Origin: Flavobacteriaceae bacterium
Lineage (GTDB): Bacteria; Bacteroidota; Bacteroidia; Flavobacteriales; Flavobacteriaceae
Direction: 5' to 3'
Assembly: GCA_965224465.1 (NCBI GenBank)
Contig: OZ245049.1
Location: 810,001 to 842,000 of the forward strand
DNA: 32,000 bases
Positions 18,558-28,186 of this stretch are shown here, piece after piece. Made by a program: the position numbers and the translations under genes. The stretch's first letter is position 1, and every line of letters begins with the position of its first letter. Below the pieces are notes generated by a model. That model was not told where the DNA came from. It did no database searches and saw nothing but the letters and a program-made list of their open reading frames with translations.

Positions 18558-19226
18558 TTAGTTTACAATATCATCTTCGTTATACTCGTGTCTTATTTTA
18601 AATAGTTTATCCTTTTTAAAGAATAAAGACACTGAGGAATTCCCTGCCCTTGTAGAATTAATAGCATGAGAAAATGTAAAGTGCCACACATTATAATTCA
18701 TCATATCTGGGTCAAAATCTTTTTCCAACCACTTATTAGAAAGCACAATTTGGTGTTTTTCATATATGGGATTTTTGTAAATCGATAGCAACTTTTTATA
18801 GATCTCTCCAAGTGGATCATTAACATGGATAGCGATTTGATCCGATACATTTTCTGGCCATTTTGGAATAGCATCCAAAAGAGCCCCTCCTTTTTCTATA
18901 GCACTTACCTTGTTTTGATTAAATAGGATAAGGATCCGTTGTGTGACTCCCAATGTTCTCTCTAAAGTAATAGCGTGGTATAAACTAATATCACTTTTAA
19001 TTTCAGTTGGATTTGAAAAGGGTTGCCTGTAAGGTATTGAAACATCGTGAAAATCTTTCTCTATCCCTAATTCTTGTAGTTGACGGTACACATCTATAGG
19101 AGAACTTCCAATTTGAAGTGTCCATTTTTTTCCACTAGTTATGTTTTCAGTTTTCGGAAAATCATCATCTATTTCACACGAAAATAAAAAGAATAAAGAG
19201 GCGATTAATAAAGCTATTTTTTTCAT
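18558..19226 (-). CDS. 222-aa lipoprotein of unknown function (copy 3); candidate orphan immunity protein of the upstream metallopeptidase remnant
   Basis: Signal peptide plus lipobox (LFFLFSC). Starts 61 nt downstream of the stop of the HExxH fragment. Confidence 0.85.
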   Translation of the reverse strand: MKKIALLIASLFFLFSCEIDDDFPKTENITSGKKWTLQIGSSPIDVYRQLQELGIEKDFHDVSIPYRQPFSNPTEIKSDISLYHAITLERTLGVTQRILILFNQNKVSAIEKGGALLDAIPKWPENVSDQIAIHVNDPLGEIYKKLLSIYKNPIYEKHQIVLSNKWLEKDFDPDMMNYNVWHFTFSHAINSTRAGNSSVSLFFKKDKLFKIRHEYNEDDIVN

Positions 19227-19287
19227 GATCTTAATTTTATATGTTCATACTTAGGTTTACCGATTGAAATAAAAAAACATTCATATT

Positions 19288-19482
19288 TTAATGACGTATC
19301 CACACCGTTTTAGATAAAAATAATATAAGATTTCGTGTGTAGCTAAAACCATGATATAAACCCATTGCGTGAAAAGTTTCGTGTACCAATGTACTATTTG
19401 TAAATCCAGGACGTAAAACAATTACAGAGCGATTAGTTAAAGGTATACTATAAGCTCTACCAAACTTAGATTTTCCGCCTAG
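19288..19482 (-). pseudogene. C-terminal remnant of a metzincin-type zinc metallopeptidase (no start codon, in-frame TAG immediately upstream)
   Basis: Manual translation gives LGGKSKFGRAYSIPLTNRSVIVLRPGFTNSTLVHETFHAMGLYHGFSYTRNLILFLSKTVWIRH then a stop. HETFHAMGLYH fits HExxHxxGxxH. Confidence 0.6.
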
Positions 19483-19540
19483 CTAAAACAAAAAATAATT
19501 CCATTTGTAAACCATCACTTGGAAACAAATTTGGTATAAG
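19477..19540. repeat. 64-nt dispersed repeat, copy A
   Basis: GCCTAGCTAAAACAAAAAATAATTCCATTTGTAAACCATCACTTGGAAACAAATTTGGTATAAG. 54 of 64 positions are identical to 21534-21597 by hand alignment. Confidence 0.7.
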
Positions 19541-19889
19541 AAGCATGACTATAGCTTTTGAGTTAGCTTATGGATACTTGTATTTGTATGCAACAATTCT
19601 TTTCAAATACACAGACAATAGTTATATACCGCATACATAAACAGTATTTATTTAAAAAATTAACATATGGCAAAGAAAACGTCAAACACAGTGAAAGAAC
19701 ATTGTTTTACGGAAGAAGAAAAAAAGGATATTTTTAGAGCAGTACACTTACAAAAAACAAGAAGGTTACAAAGCTACTACAAGTCATTTTCTTAAAGCAA
19801 TTTTCACTTAGGAAACTCCAATAACATGTCAAAATCACTAAAAAAATAATCAAGCAATAAAAACCAATTCCATTTCTAAAAGTCTATTG

Positions 19890-20222
19890 TTACTTATTCG
19901 TCTGTTTATTATTGGGCATCAGACAGATAAAAATCAATAAGATGAATTGCAGGCAAATAACAATAAATGCAACTACTTGAGTTGAATAAGCAATAGTAGA
20001 AATTCTTCTTTCAATTGTTCTTTCAAAACCTATCTCGCTTTTCAATACATTCTTTTCACATGTATTAAGATCTGTTCTTTTATCTATTTCTTGCTTTTTC
20101 ATTAAAGCAATGGTCTCATTTTTATTGGCTGGGATATCCAGCAAATCCAATCTGTCAATTATAAGCCATCCACAGCTACTAATTGTAAAAACACACAAGA
20201 CTATTGCTATTACTTTTTTCAT
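19890..20222 (-). CDS. small lipoprotein with a C-terminal hydrophobic segment, unknown function
   Basis: MKKVIAIVLCVFTISSCGW... has a lipobox. The C-terminal VVAFIVICLQFILLIFICLM looks like a TM helix. Confidence 0.6.
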   Translation of the reverse strand: MKKVIAIVLCVFTISSCGWLIIDRLDLLDIPANKNETIALMKKQEIDKRTDLNTCEKNVLKSEIGFERTIERRISTIAYSTQVVAFIVICLQFILLIFICLMPNNKQTNK

Positions 20223-20331
20223 TTAAAAACAGGTATTAGAATCACCACTCAGCGACACATTAAACACAGCACTATTTAATATCATAACAATCCAAAATAA
20301 CCGATATTAATAGTTTATTAATTACGGATAA

Positions 20332-21219
20332 TTATTTTTTGGTTTCCACTATTTTCAGTAACCATTTTCTCTTCCAAAGAAAAAGAAACAGCAGTATTAA
20401 AAAAGGCCAAACACTCAACAATCCTAAAAACAATTCAGACACCAAATTCCAACCATTTTTTATTGCATCCCATGATTTAGAAAAGAAAGATTTTTCATAA
20501 AAACTACGCACTACCGTATTATTTACTTTTTGAAACAATTGTAAATTTATGGTACTAAAATTAACTTTGTCTTTTAAAAATCGCAAACGACCTTCTTTCG
20601 CTTCAATCTCTTCCGTAATTTTACGAATGGCTTCTTCTGCTTCAATTACATCCGTAATACTTCCCGTTTTGTTCTTTAAAATATGAATGTATCGATCACG
20701 CACACTTCTTTTTGTTTTTAAACGGCTTTCAATATCAACAAATTCTTCCGTCACATCATCTGACAAAATAGTTGCTTTTCTAGTATAGACTGCATGGGCT
20801 TTTACATCATTTATAAGCGTATTAAAATACTCATTCCCAACCCTTATTGTAATGCTATTTGATATTTGATGATTGCTATTCATAAGCGACATTTTAGATA
20901 CAAATGCATTGTATTTTAAACATATCTTATTTATATATTTTGTTGCTTCATCAACATTATTCACTTGAAGCTCTAAATCTGCAATCCAAATTATTTTTCG
21001 CTGTAACAGTCCCTTTTGCTTGGTATCAATTAGTGTAACTGAGCTACCTACTTCTGCAGCATTCGAAATCACATTAGAATCTGCACGTATATCCTGATTC
21101 AAACGAGTCTTAGACTCCGAACAAGAACAGCAAATTACTACAATGAATAAAGCCGTGATTATTTTTTTTATTTTCATACCATTAAATGTTATTATGAATG
21201 ATTTAGGACACAAATACAT
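20332..21219 (-). CDS. DUF4349-like lipoprotein (coiled-coil middle, C-terminal TM segments); the start is probably the internal MKIKKIITALF at 21180
   Basis: VICCSCSE lipobox. DDVTEEFVDIESRLKTKRSVRDRY...EAEEAIRKITEEIEAKEGRLRFLKDKVNFSTINLQL and the hydrophobic tail match the DUF4349 architecture as I recall it. Confidence 0.65.
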   Translation of the reverse strand: MYLCPKSFIITFNGMKIKKIITALFIVVICCSCSESKTRLNQDIRADSNVISNAAEVGSSVTLIDTKQKGLLQRKIIWIADLELQVNNVDEATKYINKICLKYNAFVSKMSLMNSNHQISNSITIRVGNEYFNTLINDVKAHAVYTRKATILSDDVTEEFVDIESRLKTKRSVRDRYIHILKNKTGSITDVIEAEEAIRKITEEIEAKEGRLRFLKDKVNFSTINLQLFQKVNNTVVRSFYEKSFFSKSWDAIKNGWNLVSELFLGLLSVWPFLILLFLFLWKRKWLLKIVETKK

Positions 21220-21533
21220 GTTTAAAAAACTGAATCACTTGATCTACTTGCAATTAAAATCATACATTTTCTATACCACACAAAAAAACCTTCGATTATA
21301 ATGCTGATTCTTAATTGTATTTTTCTATGTGCTAAACGTCTACATCACACAATTATTTTATCAACAAAAAAAAAGTTAAAATACACCTAGCCCTCTGATC
21401 ATATTGAAAAGACAGCCAACACCCCGTGTACCAGGCCTTATACCTATTACAATCCAAAACAACCCATATAAATAGGTTGTTTTACGTTCTAGCATTGTTA
21501 AGAAACAGAACCATAGCTAAGACAATACTTATC

Positions 21534-21597
21534 GCCTAGCTAAATCAAAAAACAATTCTATTTCTAAACCGTCACATGGAAATGTATTTGGTATTAG
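21534..21597. repeat. 64-nt dispersed repeat, copy B
   Basis: GCCTAGCTAAATCAAAAAACAATTCTATTTCTAAACCGTCACATGGAAATGTATTTGGTATTAG. The adjacent 21390-21533 shows only faint similarity to the metallopeptidase remnant (shared TTGGTACACG). Confidence 0.65.
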
Positions 21598-21627
21598 CCC
21601 CTCCATAAAAGATAAAGAAAAGGAACA

Positions 21628-23127
21628 TCAATCAAATACCAAATCTTTTAATGTGATTTTTTCGTTTAGGATAAAATCATAAAGAGTCAAACGTCTAAGA
21701 GTGTAATAATCGTTCCAAAAACTTTGCAAGGAGCGCAGGTATTTCACCACAGATTTATCTTTTTCCTCTAAGGCAAGGTTTAGGTCGGTAATCGTAATTT
21801 TACCAAGTACATAGCGTTTATTAGTAATTTCGTAGCGCTTTTGGGCGACAATTTTAGCCTTTTCCGCAATGGCTAAAAAACTGCGTTGGTTGGACCAGTT
21901 GAGCACATGGAGAAATATTTCCTGTTCAAAAGCCAATTCGTCTTGAGCTACATTTGTATTGACCAATGCCAAGTCAGATTCAGCCATTCTCCTACGAGAT
22001 TTAGAAACCCCCCAATCAAAAATAGGAATCCCTACTCTTAAGGTAACACTTTGTTGTTGGTTAAAATTTTGGTACAACTGATTAAAATCTTCCTGTTGAT
22101 TACTCAGTCCAAAATTGGCATTCAAATTTATTTCTAAACGATTGCTTCCTTTTAGCTCAGCCACTTTTTTCTCAGCTTGTAACCTACGTCTTCTAAATTC
22201 TATTACCGATTTTCTATTCGCTCTAGCCTCTTCTATCGCCTTCGCAATGTCCACGGAAAAAGGAATTAAAGTTTCGGGAATAGATAAGGTAATTTTCTCC
22301 AATTTCATACCTAGAAAACGGGCTAAATTTTGAGAAGTACGCTTTACAGAAATGATATTGGAAGTTACATTGTTTTTAGAATTCAGCAGTGCCAATTCCA
22401 TTTGTAAAAGTTCGTTTTCTGCAATTTTCCCCATTCTAAAACGCCCTTGAGCAATGTTGTACAAAGTCTCTTGGTTGGACAAATCCTTTTTGGCTATTTC
22501 TAATTGCATTTGAGCAGTTAACAAGTCAAAATACAACCTACATGTACGCAAGGATACTTGTTCCATTTTCTCCACATAGTCTCTTTTGGACTCTTCGAAC
22601 ATTAAGGGTTCTATTTTCTTATCCCATTTAAAAGGGTTGTAAAAAAGGGATTTTTGATAATAATTAATAGAAAACGGAGTCACATTATAATTGGTCGAAC
22701 CATTACCTCCATAACGATCTATACGTTGCAAATTTGAAGAAACCGCAAAGGATCCTCCAGTAAAAGGCACATTTTGAACCAAGGAAAGATTGGTTTCTAA
22801 TAAGGATTGGTTTTGGCTTACAAAAACATCATCTCCATTATCCTTTGTCAACCTACGTACTGAATTTGAATAAGAAGGAATGGTAGCATCCAATCGCAAT
22901 TGAGGGAGCAACCCCGCTTTATAATTTTTAAATCGCCAATAACTTCCTTGAGTCTGATTGATGATATTCTTATAGTCAGGTGATTTTTTCTGAGCTATTA
23001 CAATGGCTTTTTTAAGATCTAACTGTTGGTTTTGTGCACCAATTAAAATTGGGAACAAAAGGCATATTCCAAACCAATATTTTAGGATTAGAACAGCGTT
23101 GTTTTTTAAATATAAATTATTATTCAT
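21628..23127 (-). CDS. TolC-family outer-membrane efflux protein
   Basis: 499 aa with a signal peptide and two repeated coiled-coil/barrel halves typical of TolC/OprM-like proteins. Overlaps the upstream permease gene by 8 nt. Confidence 0.85.
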   Translation of the reverse strand: MNNNLYLKNNAVLILKYWFGICLLFPILIGAQNQQLDLKKAIVIAQKKSPDYKNIINQTQGSYWRFKNYKAGLLPQLRLDATIPSYSNSVRRLTKDNGDDVFVSQNQSLLETNLSLVQNVPFTGGSFAVSSNLQRIDRYGGNGSTNYNVTPFSINYYQKSLFYNPFKWDKKIEPLMFEESKRDYVEKMEQVSLRTCRLYFDLLTAQMQLEIAKKDLSNQETLYNIAQGRFRMGKIAENELLQMELALLNSKNNVTSNIISVKRTSQNLARFLGMKLEKITLSIPETLIPFSVDIAKAIEEARANRKSVIEFRRRRLQAEKKVAELKGSNRLEINLNANFGLSNQQEDFNQLYQNFNQQQSVTLRVGIPIFDWGVSKSRRRMAESDLALVNTNVAQDELAFEQEIFLHVLNWSNQRSFLAIAEKAKIVAQKRYEITNKRYVLGKITITDLNLALEEKDKSVVKYLRSLQSFWNDYYTLRRLTLYDFILNEKITLKDLVFD

Positions 23128-24487
23128 GTCTAATGGCTTCTATTGGGTTTTTATTAGCTGCTGATTTTGCTGGCATAATTCCGAAAACCAAACCTATTAC
23201 AGTGGCAACGATAAACGAAAGTACGATGGACGATACTGTCAAAATGGTTTCTATACCTGTAGAGAATTCAATAATATAGGAACTGACAATTCCCAAAATA
23301 ATTCCCAGTACTCCACCACCAATACTAATAAGAACAGATTCTGCTAAAAACTGTAAAATCACATCTTGTTTGGTTGCCCCTAAAGCACGAATAATTCCAA
23401 TTTCTTTGGTGCGTTCCAATACAGAAGCCAGCATAATATTCATAATTCCAATCCCTCCAATCAATAAAGAAATCCCCGCAATAATACTGAGCACCACATT
23501 AAAAATTTGTTTGGTTTTTTGCTGTTGTTTTAACAATTGAATAGGAATGGTAATTTTAAAATCTTGCACATTATTATGCCTACGTTTGAGCATCCTACCA
23601 ATAATATTAGCTGTGGATTGCAACATTGTAGATGCTTTTACTTGAACCACTAATTTATCCAATTGATGGTAATTTCCACGGGGAATCCTCTTTTTGGGAC
23701 CACTGTTATTGCCTCCAAAAAACATAAAACCTCCATTTCTATCTTGTACTTTGTCTACTACTATTTTTCGATCGCGATACCGTACTAAAAAAGATTTAAT
23801 TGGAATGTAAATATCTAAATTTAGGTCACGGATACTTAAATTTTCTTTGGCTTCGTCCGAAATATACTTTTCCTCTATCACTCCAACCACCTTTAACCAA
23901 ACATCCTTTACCTTTACTTGTTTCCCCAAGGCAGAACTCCCAGGAAACAATTTCTTTTCCATAGTTTTCCCAATAATACAAACGGGCAAAGCATTGCGAG
24001 CCTGCCGTACAGAAAAATTACGTCCATTGTTTATTTTGATATTAGAAACTTCAAAAAAAGAACGGGACACCCCTATTAATTTTACCGAATTTTGACGGCC
24101 TTGGCTACTGACATACGTTTCCATAACAATTTCTGGACTTGCTAAAGAAATAGAAGGAATATTTGCCAACATACTTTTTACATCCAGCACATCCAATCCC
24201 TTAGAAAATCTTTTTGCCTGACTCACATCATCATCACCAGCATCAGCACCTTCTTTTTCTGTATCAGCAATGGGGGTGATTACAATATTATTTACTCCGA
24301 TCAATTCCAATTGTGCTAAAATTTCTTTTTCAGCACCTTTCCCTATAGACATCATGGCAATGACAGCGGCCACCCCAAAAATGATTCCTAAAGCCGTTAA
24401 AAAAGTCCGTACCTTATTTATTAAAATGATCCGTCCTGCTTCATAGAAATTCGACTTTAGCTGTTCTAGCAGCATCTTATCTATCAT
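23120..24487 (-). CDS. ABC transporter permease, FtsX/MacB-type (no fused ATPase)
   Basis: N-terminal TM (LTALGIIFGVAAVIAMMSIG), a large periplasmic domain, and a C-terminal FtsX-like region (LIGGIGIMNIMLASVLERTKEIGIIRALGATKQDV...). Confidence 0.88.
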   Translation of the reverse strand: MIDKMLLEQLKSNFYEAGRIILINKVRTFLTALGIIFGVAAVIAMMSIGKGAEKEILAQLELIGVNNIVITPIADTEKEGADAGDDDVSQAKRFSKGLDVLDVKSMLANIPSISLASPEIVMETYVSSQGRQNSVKLIGVSRSFFEVSNIKINNGRNFSVRQARNALPVCIIGKTMEKKLFPGSSALGKQVKVKDVWLKVVGVIEEKYISDEAKENLSIRDLNLDIYIPIKSFLVRYRDRKIVVDKVQDRNGGFMFFGGNNSGPKKRIPRGNYHQLDKLVVQVKASTMLQSTANIIGRMLKRRHNNVQDFKITIPIQLLKQQQKTKQIFNVVLSIIAGISLLIGGIGIMNIMLASVLERTKEIGIIRALGATKQDVILQFLAESVLISIGGGVLGIILGIVSSYIIEFSTGIETILTVSSIVLSFIVATVIGLVFGIMPAKSAANKNPIEAIRHE

Positions 24488-25736
24488 CTTCCTTTTTTAA
24501 CAATTGAATCTGCTTATTTTCATACCCCTCCGGTTCGTTCAAATAAATAACCTGATCTACGTTGAGTCCTCTTTTTACAATCACTTGATCTAAATTGGCA
24601 TCACCGAGTTCAAGTTGTTTTTTCTGAATTGAAAACCCGGTTTTTACATAAGAAAAACTAATAGAATCTTTAGAAAATACAGCTTCTAAAGGAATGATCA
24701 ATACATCTTCTTGCTTTTGAATTAGAATCCTATTGGAGGTAGTCATTCCAGGTTTGATGCTCTCGTGAATTTCTTTAATCAAAATAGATACTTGAAATAT
24801 TTTAATGTCAGATCCTCGTTTATTTTCTCCAACATTGGCGACACTGGTTACCACACCTTCTAGATTAATTTCAGGAAAAGCATCAAAACCAACACTCACA
24901 ATTAGGCCCTTTTTAATTTTACGAATGTCTACTTCGTTGGCATAGGTCTTCGATTCCATTTTTGTTAAATCTGGCAACGTAGCAATTGTCAAATCCCACA
25001 TATTTATAGTAGACCCAACTTTTTTCTTTGAGCCATTCCATGTTTTCGCATAGGTAATCATCCCTGAGGCATCAGAATATATGGTAAAAGAGTTTTGCAA
25101 TTCTTGCAAGGCTGTCAATCGTTTTTTAATTTTTAAAACTTCAGTCCCTACTTCCACCATTTTTGCAATAGCACGTCGCTTTTTTATCGAATAATTTTCC
25201 AATCGTTCACGTAAATCTCGCGTACCTTTTTCTAGATCAATCTCCAATTTCCGAATGGTTGCAGGTGGTTCGTAAATAGATTGTTTGAGTTCCAATTCGT
25301 TTTGTTCTATGCCAAAACGCAAATCTTTAATAGCACTGCGTTCCTGTTTTAGGGTAAGTGTCGTATCTATCTGCTGTTGGATGTATTTAGATTGACATGT
25401 TTCTAGGTTTAAACGTGCATCAATAATCATTTCATTGACACCGGAAGGATCTAATTTACCAATATAATCCCCTTTTTTCACTATGGTTCCTTCTGTAATT
25501 AAATCTTGAATTTTTATATCCCTCAATTTAAATTTACGAACAGCATCAGGACCGTTTATCTTTTTAAGGCTTGTAGATTGTGCCTCTCCTGAAATAATGA
25601 CTTCATCGAGAAAATCACCTTTTTTAACCACCGTAGTAATGGCTAATTCTGTTTCTTTACTACCTCTAAAAAAAGCATAAGCAACTACAATAAATAATAG
25701 CATACCAGCTATCCAAAGGTACTTTTTGTATTTCAT
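24477..25736 (-). CDS. HlyD/MacA-type periplasmic adaptor (membrane fusion) protein
   Basis: 419 aa with an N-terminal TM, a biotinyl-lipoyl-like segment (GTIVKKGDYIGKLD), a long coiled-coil and a C-terminal beta-barrel region. Overlaps the permease gene by 11 nt. Confidence 0.85.
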   Translation of the reverse strand: MKYKKYLWIAGMLLFIVVAYAFFRGSKETELAITTVVKKGDFLDEVIISGEAQSTSLKKINGPDAVRKFKLRDIKIQDLITEGTIVKKGDYIGKLDPSGVNEMIIDARLNLETCQSKYIQQQIDTTLTLKQERSAIKDLRFGIEQNELELKQSIYEPPATIRKLEIDLEKGTRDLRERLENYSIKKRRAIAKMVEVGTEVLKIKKRLTALQELQNSFTIYSDASGMITYAKTWNGSKKKVGSTINMWDLTIATLPDLTKMESKTYANEVDIRKIKKGLIVSVGFDAFPEINLEGVVTSVANVGENKRGSDIKIFQVSILIKEIHESIKPGMTTSNRILIQKQEDVLIIPLEAVFSKDSISFSYVKTGFSIQKKQLELGDANLDQVIVKRGLNVDQVIYLNEPEGYENKQIQLLKKEDDR

Positions 25737-25971
25737 AATGAATTGGGTTTTATCAGTTTCACAAGAACATTGTTATAACGTTCATAATAAGACACCGATA
25801 ACCTCCACCAATCACAACATCACAATACACTTCACAACAGTATCTTACCACTCAATTGATACTAAAAATACATTGTTTTTCCCTGATTCCTGTTATTTTT
25901 ATGTTAAAAACAAGATGTCCTCCATTCATTTATCATCCAAAAAACACTTTCCACCTTCATAAACCTCCTTA

Positions 25972-26853
25972 TTATTCTTTGAAAGAATAGGAAGGAAAAA
26001 CACTGTAAATTAACCTCTTTTTTCTAAAATACTTTAGGTTTTTCTTATACCCTTTCAACTTAGAACGAATCAAAAAATTATACATCAGAAGCCCTTGTTT
26101 TCCTTTTTGGGACAAAACCAGAGTTGCAAGATTCTTAAACGCAATTTTCTCCTCTTTAGTCGTTATTTTTACCAACGCCAAATAATCTGATAATTCACGT
26201 ACATTAGAATCACTTAAAACGGCAGCTAATTCAAAACTTTTAGAGACATGTGTAGTGTCTAAGGAGCTCAACGTCTCTTTATTTTCAATGTCCAAGATGC
26301 AATCCTTGAGCTCTCCATTTGCAAAACGCCACAACTGATACGTTGTTTTTACGGCACCATGAATACATTCAAAATCACGAGTGGTAACCGTAGCACCAGA
26401 CGCAGCATCTGTTTCATAAAATGAATTTTCTGCTTGACGCTCCGTTAAATCTGCCAATGTTAAAAATTTAAAATCAGAAGTATCATCCAATAAAATGGCA
26501 TGTAGCTTTGCATAATCTTTTACAGAAAACTTTTTATGATTTAACTTGGTCAATGGAGTGTCTTTACGCAATTCAATCGTTAAGAAATCGCCCTTGACAT
26601 CCCAGTACATACGGAGTTGCATCAGCTTACACTCATTCACTGATTTACAAGGGAATGCGACAATATCAATAAAATAGAATTGAGACACTCCTTCTAAATC
26701 TACTGCCTGATTTAATGTATAAGCTACATTTTCATATTGAATTTTATGAGGAATCAACACTATTTTATCTTCAACTACGTTGTCTTTAGACGCTTTTATT
26801 CCAAGGAATTGATACATCCCAAGCGACAAACATATAGCTATAAAAGTTTTCAT
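25972..26853 (-). CDS. exported protein of unknown function
   Basis: 293-aa ORF with an N-terminal signal-like segment MKTFIAICLSLGMYQFLG. No motif that I recognise. Confidence 0.6.
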   Translation of the reverse strand: MKTFIAICLSLGMYQFLGIKASKDNVVEDKIVLIPHKIQYENVAYTLNQAVDLEGVSQFYFIDIVAFPCKSVNECKLMQLRMYWDVKGDFLTIELRKDTPLTKLNHKKFSVKDYAKLHAILLDDTSDFKFLTLADLTERQAENSFYETDAASGATVTTRDFECIHGAVKTTYQLWRFANGELKDCILDIENKETLSSLDTTHVSKSFELAAVLSDSNVRELSDYLALVKITTKEEKIAFKNLATLVLSQKGKQGLLMYNFLIRSKLKGYKKNLKYFRKKRLIYSVFPSYSFKE

Positions 26854-26928
26854 TTATTTTTAATTTTAATGATTTAATATTCCTTTACAAACAAGGATTC
26901 TCCATGGAATCGATGGTCTTATCTGTAC

Positions 26929-27810
26929 CTATTTTTTATGTTTAAAAACCTTTATTTTAATATTGAAACCCAATCGTAAATTTTTAAAAGCAATCCCATT
27001 GGTCGTTTTTAATAAACCTTTTGCCAAGCCTATTTGTTCTCTTGTAGTCAAAAAAACCTGTAAATTATGAGAGAGAGTTCCTGTTTCAAACCCTAAGGAA
27101 ATCCCAGGTTTTGGTCTAACGGTCACATTCTTACTAGATGAAAACAAACCAACATCCCATGGATACATATACCGAATAAACAACGTTTTATTGCGATTCA
27201 ATCGGTATCCAAAAGCCAATGCCACCTCCATTTTATCTGCTTGAAACATAGGATCTACCTTATTAAAATGAACAAAACTCAACCAAGCAGCAACATTAAA
27301 AGTGTAGGCTATTTGTTTTGAAACTATCATTTGATGTGTATAAAACAATCGGTTGGTAAACCGATACTTTTCCCCAAATTTCTCACGTGCCCTAGCATCA
27401 ATAGATAGGCTTGTATTGTACACTAAAGATATAGGCACACTATGATCAATATTTTGTTGTAGAATGCAATACTTAGAAGTAAGCTCTTGAGTTTTACTCA
27501 TTTTTTCACTTAGAAAACTAACCTGTAAATTTTTTAAAAGCCCATATTCAAATCCCATTGCAATATTTGAAGAACCGTAAACACCATACATATTACTTAT
27601 ACCAGATGCTATGGTCTCAAACCTATGCACAATTTCAAAACTAAAAGCGCCCTTGTCTAGTATATTTGTTGTCTGAGCATCGACAAGACGTGTGCCCCAA
27701 AAAACAGAATTAATCGCTGTGTTTTCTTTTGGTATTCCTTGCGCTATAAGAGAGCAAGTAAGGAGTAATAAAAATTGTGTAAAAACGCATTTTATCATAA
27801 ATTTGTACAT
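26929..27810 (-). CDS. probable outer-membrane beta-barrel protein (possibly DUF5777-like)
   Basis: Signal peptide, alternating hydrophobic beta-strand-like pattern and aromatic-rich strands. Abuts the cytochrome-domain gene (1-nt gap). Confidence 0.5.
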   Translation of the reverse strand: MYKFMIKCVFTQFLLLLTCSLIAQGIPKENTAINSVFWGTRLVDAQTTNILDKGAFSFEIVHRFETIASGISNMYGVYGSSNIAMGFEYGLLKNLQVSFLSEKMSKTQELTSKYCILQQNIDHSVPISLVYNTSLSIDARAREKFGEKYRFTNRLFYTHQMIVSKQIAYTFNVAAWLSFVHFNKVDPMFQADKMEVALAFGYRLNRNKTLFIRYMYPWDVGLFSSSKNVTVRPKPGISLGFETGTLSHNLQVFLTTREQIGLAKGLLKTTNGIAFKNLRLGFNIKIKVFKHKK

Positions 27811-27811
27811 A

Positions 27812-28186
27812 TTAATTGTTTAAAGCACCTTGAATAATCCAATTCAAAAGCATGCTTTTTTGATTTTTAGTTGGAGTTTCATTATCGGGATGATTGGAGT
27901 TTACCCTTTGCATCAAAACACTTGATACAGGATCTTTAACGTTCAAATACCCCCCAGAAGTCAATGCTAGAAAAGCACTGCTCTCTAATAAGACAGGAGG
28001 ATTGGAATCGTTATTATGACAAGCAATACAAGAGGTCTTAAATATAGGAATAATGTCCTGAGAAAACCCCATGGTTTTATTAAGATCAATGTCTGGATAG
28101 ACAATAGTTTCGTATTCACAAGAAGTCAAGAACAAGAACGCAGCAAGTAATACTGCGTTGAATAATTTTCTATTTAACACGCTCAC
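27812..28186 (-). CDS. small lipoprotein with a single CxxCH heme motif (PSCyt1-like cytochrome c domain)
   Basis: FLFLTSC lipobox, CIACHN, and a C-terminal LLNWIIQGALNN tail like the planctomycete-type cytochrome c domain. Confidence 0.6.
   Translation of the reverse strand: MSVLNRKLFNAVLLAAFLFLTSCEYETIVYPDIDLNKTMGFSQDIIPIFKTSCIACHNNDSNPPVLLESSAFLALTSGGYLNVKDPVSSVLMQRVNSNHPDNETPTKNQKSMLLNWIIQGALNN

Noticed and set aside
19667-19795. 42-aa plus-strand ORF (MAKKTSNTVKEHCFTEEEKKDIFRAVHLQKTRRLQSYYKSFS) in the gap right of the island.
   Set aside because: Short, with no recognisable motif or conserved neighbour, and on the opposite strand to every supported gene here. It cannot be supported from sequence alone.
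21456-21483. AAAACAACC-CATATAAATA-GGTTGTTTT stem-loop about 145 nt downstream of the TolC-family gene, as a possible bidirectional terminator.
   Set aside because: Only 5 bp of the stem (CAACC/GGTTG) would remain once the A/T tracts act as the U-run. It is weak and relatively far from the stop codon, so it is not listed as a feature.
21628-25736. The efflux operon lacks an ABC ATPase gene (adaptor, FtsX-type permease and TolC only).
   Set aside because: In MacB-like systems with split subunits the ATPase can be encoded elsewhere. The window cannot show whether it is missing from the genome, so this is not treated as an anomaly.
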